From the IMG/VR virus record IMGVR_UViG_3300009528_000001: a stretch of DNA of 20,000 bases. The stretch is one strand, 5' to 3'. A program made the translations under genes and the position numbers. The notes under the pieces are model-generated. The model had not been told where the DNA came from and ran no database searches. It worked only from the letters and a program-made list of their open reading frames with translations. Source of the stretch: an uncultured virus (IMG/VR IMGVR_UViG_3300009528_000001) (taxonomy: Duplodnaviria; Heunggongvirae; Uroviricota; Caudoviricetes). Each line of letters begins with the position of its first letter. Within the stretch, counting starts at the first letter, position 1. This document shows, piece after piece, positions 16,629 to 20,000 of this stretch.

Positions 16629-16656
16629 TTGACACCCCTTTTTTTTACGCTATAAT
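16629..16656 (+). promoter_or_regulatory. Consensus sigma70 promoter (repeat copy 7)
   Basis: TTGACA (16629-16634), CCCCTTTTTTTTACGC (16 bp), TATAAT (16651-16656), upstream of the Cro-like and replication genes. Confidence 0.85.
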
Positions 16657-16699
16657 GTAGAAAACTAAGCAAAGAGTTGAACTAAATTGGGGGTTTATT

Positions 16700-16873
16700 T
16701 TGATAAAAGAGGAAATAATTGCTATTCGCAAACGTTTACAATTGTCACAAGAGAGGTTCGGTCATTTACTGGGGGTATCCAGGTCAACGGTTATTAATTG
16801 GGAGAAGGGTAGTAATAAGCCTTCATTTCTGGCGCTGGAGAAACTCAATCGTGAAAAAGAACTCCTCGGATAA
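16700..16873 (+). CDS. Cro-like XRE HTH protein, 57 aa (not in the ORF track)
   Basis: TTG start after GGGGG; MIKEEIIAIRKRLQLSQERFGHLLGVSRSTVINWEKGSNKPSFLALEKLNREKELLG*. Confidence 0.9.
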   Translation: MIKEEIIAIRKRLQLSQERFGHLLGVSRSTVINWEKGSNKPSFLALEKLNREKELLG

Positions 16874-17720
16874 TCTGCCAGCGTTCCAATTCTATCCGAA
16901 TGATTGGCTCGGCGATATGAATCTAAGAATGTGTTCGGTTGGTACTAGGGGTGTCTGGATTGACTTATTATGCCTCATGCACAAGTCAAAAAAATATGGT
17001 TTTCTTGTCCATAAAGTAGACGGAAAGTGGGCCAATATGAGTCCAAAAACAATCCAAAAACTTACCGGAATGACCACTAAACGGATAATTATTGGCATCC
17101 AAGAGTTATCCAAAAACGACGTTATAAAACATGATGCCCATGGTTTGATATATTCAAAGAGAATGGTTAAAGATCATGCACTTAGAGTGATACGGAAAGA
17201 GGTTGGAAAGCTTGGTGGTAATCCTGCTTTGGTTAACCAAAGCCCCAACCAAACGGGCAACCAAAAGACACCCCCTTCATCTTCATCTTCATCTTCTCTT
17301 TCCTCTTCAACTTCAAAAGAACCTAAACCCCCTATAGTCCCCCAAGGGGGGAATGGGATGGTGAGAGAAAGATTCGATAAATTCATAAACCTTTACCCGA
17401 ATGCTGTTGCCAAAGACAAAGCTTGGGTAGCCTGGCAGCAGCTATTCGTTAAAGGGTTTGCTGGGAGAAGGTGCACAACTAAATTTCTTTCCACTTTAAC
17501 CGATAAACTCTTTAATGAAATAATCGAAGGGGTCGAAGCCCAGACAAAAGAACGTAAGTGGAAAAAAGAAGCCAAGGTCTGGATGGCACCATGGACTCAC
17601 CCGGCCACTTGGCTCCGTGCGAAGCGCTGGGAGGATCGAGTTGAAGAAAAGCCAGAAGAAACCGTGAGGAAATTTGAATTTTTGGAGGGGGGGAATGAAA
17701 ATAAACAAGACAGATATTAA
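16851..17720 (+). CDS. Phage replication initiator/replisome organizer (YdaU/DUF1376-like N-terminus); start revised to GTG 16851
   Basis: PAFQFYPNDWLGD..LR.CS...RGVWIDLLCLMH N-terminus; low-complexity linker; FDKFINLYP..KDKAW and HPATWLRAKRWED C-terminal motifs. The ORF-track N-terminal extension is the shadow of the Cro-like gene. Confidence 0.85.
   Translation: MKKNSSDNLPAFQFYPNDWLGDMNLRMCSVGTRGVWIDLLCLMHKSKKYGFLVHKVDGKWANMSPKTIQKLTGMTTKRIIIGIQELSKNDVIKHDAHGLIYSKRMVKDHALRVIRKEVGKLGGNPALVNQSPNQTGNQKTPPSSSSSSSLSSSTSKEPKPPIVPQGGNGMVRERFDKFINLYPNAVAKDKAWVAWQQLFVKGFAGRRCTTKFLSTLTDKLFNEIIEGVEAQTKERKWKKEAKVWMAPWTHPATWLRAKRWEDRVEEKPEETVRKFEFLEGGNENKQDRY
17226..17315. other. Candidate replication origin inside the initiator gene
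   Basis: Perfect 18-bp palindrome GCTTTGGTTAACCAAAGC (17226-17243); AACCAAA at 17235, 17247 and 17259 (12-bp period); then a (CTTCAT)n pyrimidine-rich tract. Confidence 0.55.
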
Positions 17721-18044
17721 AGTTTTAAAACATTGGGGGAAAAACCTAAAAGAAGCTAAAAGATTAATTTCTGTTAAATGGGTTGTGGGAAACAAGGATG
17801 ATTCAAATTATGACCATTCATACTCATCATGCTCATATTGCCGTGTTTATAGGAAAAAAAATGCTTAGGATGTCCTATAAAAGTTTTTACGGGTGTTGGA
17901 TATTGCCAAAACACACCTTATTCCGGGATTGATTATTATTTTGAGCGCAATAGCAATTGTACAGTAGGAAAAGAATTATATGACAGAACAAAAGCAGAAT
18001 TCAAATTTCTCACTAAAATCATCAAGAAGAAAAATAGAAAATGA
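17695..18044 (+). pseudogene. Cys-rich phage protein split by a frameshift in an A8 tract (17854-17861)
   Basis: Frame 1 reads ...SCSYCRVYRKK. The -1 frame continues KCLGCPIKVFTGVGYCQNTPY...KAEFKFLTKIIKKKNRK* and ends in an ATGA overlap with 18041. Confidence 0.75.
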
Positions 18045-18667
18045 CCCAAGAATCCGCAGCAACCCTATTAAAAAATTTTTCCGAGCCCTATCTATCGCCA
18101 TACCGCTCAGAGTTGCCAGAGTGGGACGCTATGCGGTGGGTTAAGCTTTTTATGGAGTTGTCGATACCGTATAAACAGGCTGGGACTATTCTGACCGAAT
18201 ATTTATCAAATAACCCCCCACGATACAAGGAAGATGGTTCGGCTTGTGGAGTAATGCCAGATATTGATCAAATAAAATCTTTTTTATTGGGGATGGGCAA
18301 GGCAACGACTAATCCTGATTACTGCCCTTGTTGCGCCGGGTTCGGGTGGATCTTCTTTGAATCTTTGAATGGGGTTGTCCGTTGTGACTGTTCATCTCCT
18401 GAAATTGACATGGGGAAATATAATTATAGCGTCAAGACATTGAGTGATATCTACCCGAATTACGGAGAGGCAAAATGCGACTCTTTCCAGTGCGCCCCCA
18501 GGAAAGATAGCCCGTGCCCACTGGGATCACAGTTTTATAATGCCAAGAAAATTGAGTTCATGGATCGGGAAAGACAGAAGACTGGATGGAAACTCGGACT
18601 AACCTTCCATAAAAGCGGGTACGTAAAAGGGGTTATGGATTCGCTAAACGATATTGAGGGGGGGTGA
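18041..18667 (+). CDS. Hypothetical protein with zinc finger, possibly a replication accessory/helicase-loader-like protein
   Basis: YCPCCAGFGWIFF..VVRCDC motif; lies downstream of the initiator; no P-loop seen. Confidence 0.65.
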   Translation: MTQESAATLLKNFSEPYLSPYRSELPEWDAMRWVKLFMELSIPYKQAGTILTEYLSNNPPRYKEDGSACGVMPDIDQIKSFLLGMGKATTNPDYCPCCAGFGWIFFESLNGVVRCDCSSPEIDMGKYNYSVKTLSDIYPNYGEAKCDSFQCAPRKDSPCPLGSQFYNAKKIEFMDRERQKTGWKLGLTFHKSGYVKGVMDSLNDIEGG

Positions 18668-18903
18668 GTATAGATATGAGTAGCAAAATAATTTATAGAG
18701 TTGATATTACAAAATTTTGGAACGGTAGCGTTAGGAATGATTGGTATGAATTGTTTACTACAAAAAAGAAAGCGGAGACATATTCTGATAAGTATCAAGA
18801 ACATACCGAAACTTGGAGTTGTAGAGGTAGTCTTGATGGGGATGATGACGCTTCGGCTAAAGTGACGTATAGAAAAGAGATTTCAGAAGTCACAGTTTTA
18901 TAA
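18664..18903 (+). CDS. Hypothetical protein
   Basis: 79-aa ORF with GTGA overlap and G-rich RBS. Confidence 0.65.
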   Translation: MSIDMSSKIIYRVDITKFWNGSVRNDWYELFTTKKKAETYSDKYQEHTETWSCRGSLDGDDDASAKVTYRKEISEVTVL

Positions 18904-19023
18904 AAAAGAGCTTTTAAAAGAAAACAAGATCCTGCCTACCAACGAGGATTGAAAATGTTAAAGAAGAGCGGGTATGTGAAAGGGGTTATGGATAAACTTG
19001 GGGATATGGGGGAGGGGAAATGA
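18904..19023 (+). pseudogene. Orphan 3' end paralogous to the C-terminus of 18041..18667
   Basis: RKQDPAYQRGLKMLKKSGYVKGVMDKLGDMGEGK* vs RQKTGWKLGLTFHKSGYVKGVMDSLNDIEGG*. Confidence 0.7.
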
Positions 19024-19280
19024 GTATTCATGGCATATGCTTTGATACCGGACAAAGTGGAAATTGTGGAATGGATTGTGAACAGTTCCTTGATGGAGAT
19101 TGTGAATGTCCGGGAGAATTTATTGACTGGTTAGAGGTAATGACGGAAGAAGAGCGACAATTTCAGATAAATGACTATGATTTATTGAATTTGTATCCTA
19201 GCGTGTTTGATTTCCTGTATACAGAAAGCATAGAGGACAGAGTGAAGAGAATTAGCGAAAGTATTAAAAAGGGGAGGTGA
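19020..19280 (+). CDS. Cys-rich hypothetical protein
   Basis: CFDTGQSGNCGMDCEQFLDGDCEC; GGAGGGG RBS. Confidence 0.7.
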   Translation: MSIHGICFDTGQSGNCGMDCEQFLDGDCECPGEFIDWLEVMTEEERQFQINDYDLLNLYPSVFDFLYTESIEDRVKRISESIKKGR

Positions 19281-19283
19281 AGG

Positions 19284-19592
19284 ATGACACAAGAATACAG
19301 TCCCAAAAACGATGAATATAAAATAGGACGTCGTTACAAAGTTAACGGAAAAACAATGCGTTTAACTGGTTTTTGTAGGTGTAGTCACTGGAAAGAACCT
19401 TGTAAACAATGCAATAGTTATTTGTTGTGGAATGGTGTCCTGGAGGCAGATTTCCGGACTGATTGTGGATATTCAAACGGAGAAACTATTTTTAAAGAAA
19501 TTAGTGATATGCAGGGAGTTTCATGTGAAACAATAGAAGATCGCGTATTGCGAATACAACTACAAATTAAAAAGGAGGTGAGTAAAACATGA
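19284..19592 (+). CDS. Cys-rich hypothetical protein
   Basis: GGAGGTG RBS; CRC..CKQC motif. Confidence 0.7.
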   Translation: MTQEYSPKNDEYKIGRRYKVNGKTMRLTGFCRCSHWKEPCKQCNSYLLWNGVLEADFRTDCGYSNGETIFKEISDMQGVSCETIEDRVLRIQLQIKKEVSKT

Positions 19593-19783
19593 CGCCCACT
19601 GAAATTATGGAAAAAGCCCAGGCAAACATCGAGAAGGGCTTAAATGACCATGCTGTATCAGAAATCGAAGAATTGCTAAAAGAACTGTGCGCAGCAAGAA
19701 TAGTTGTCAAGAATGTGGAGGCAAGGATTGTCTCGGTCAAGAAAGACTTAACTGAAAAGCTAACCGATATCGCAGCAGTATAA
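19589..19783 (+). CDS. Small coiled-coil hypothetical protein
   Basis: AAGGAGGTG RBS; ATGA overlap. Confidence 0.7.
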   Translation: MTPTEIMEKAQANIEKGLNDHAVSEIEELLKELCAARIVVKNVEARIVSVKKDLTEKLTDIAAV

Positions 19784-19925
19784 ATACGTATAACCACCAT
19801 CTAGTTGAGCGCTGATCATAATCCCAAGACTTCCATTGATGCAATAGATTAGTTGGTGGTTGTGAGTGTTTAGTAGCATTAGGCAATTGTATATTATGGG
19901 CTGGTTTGAGGATAACCTAATGGCT
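19781..19925 (+). other. Long intergenic stem-loop pair (candidate structured RNA)
   Basis: 19781-19806 pairs with 19847-19872 (24/26 positions, 5 G-U). Second stem is AGCATTAGG (19875-19883) with CCTAATGGCT (19916-19925). Confidence 0.55.
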
Positions 19926-20000
19926 CACATTGAGGATGTCGAGGGATGAAAATGAAAGGGAATGTATGGAAAACTCGTATAAAATAATACTGGATTTATG

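Larger units (their letters stand above)
12685..16646 (+). repeat. Dispersed direct-repeat array, TTG(A/G)CA-C4-6-T3-8, seven copies at gene boundaries
   Basis: Copies at 12685-12698, 13028-13044, 14890-14902, 15333-15350, 15781-15796, 16185-16201 (TTGGCA variant) and 16629-16646. Confidence 0.95.

Noticed and set aside
12685..16646. Repeat array as a CRISPR array or classical integron attC array
   Set aside because: Spacers are 300-450 bp genes and the repeats are short and variable. There are no cas genes, no attC-type palindrome with RYYYAAC/GTTRRRY ends, and no integron integrase in the window.
16719..16850. N-terminal extension of the initiator given by the ORF track
   Set aside because: It overlaps a clear XRE HTH gene (16700-16873) in another frame. 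GTG 16851 has its own GGAG RBS and precedes the conserved domain.
19807..19830. CTGATCATAATCCC resembling part of a TPP riboswitch
   Set aside because: The other conserved TPP elements (GCTGAGA, closing AGGGA and the stem layout) are absent.

Overview
AT-rich phage or prophage DNA of an unidentified bacterial host, in three blocks. (1) 1-3226: the end of a rightward virion module, with a repeat beta-propeller protein truncated by the window edge and a 796-aa tail/baseplate-like protein. (2) 3549-10654: a leftward early operon of mostly small hypothetical genes, including a P-loop ATPase of the phage AAA_24/Sak4-like type and a T5orf172-type GIY-YIG gene. It ends in an intrinsic terminator and starts at a back-to-back sigma70 promoter pair (10682-10754). 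(3) 10783-20000: a rightward early/replication operon with an RHH regulator, an ASCH protein, XRE HTH proteins, a PD-(D/E)xK protein, a MazG-like protein, an unannotated Cro-like gene and a replication initiator with an internal ori-like element. The most unusual feature is 12685-16656. Seven copies of TTGACA-C(4-6)-T(3-8) divide unrelated small genes into units of similar size (343, about 311 once an IS is removed, 443, 448, 404 and 444 bp). The TGA in TTGACA is often the upstream gene's stop codon, an RBS and ATG follow directly, and the last copy is a consensus TTGACA-16-TATAAT promoter. This resembles a gene-cassette array built on a promoter -35 box, with no recombinase visible in the window. 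One unit is interrupted by a 1543-bp IS1595-family element carrying a passenger gene. The window also shows several duplicated gene-end scars, a decapitated gene, a poly-A frameshifted gene and a long G-U-rich hairpin near the right end. All family assignments come from motif recognition by eye, not database searches.
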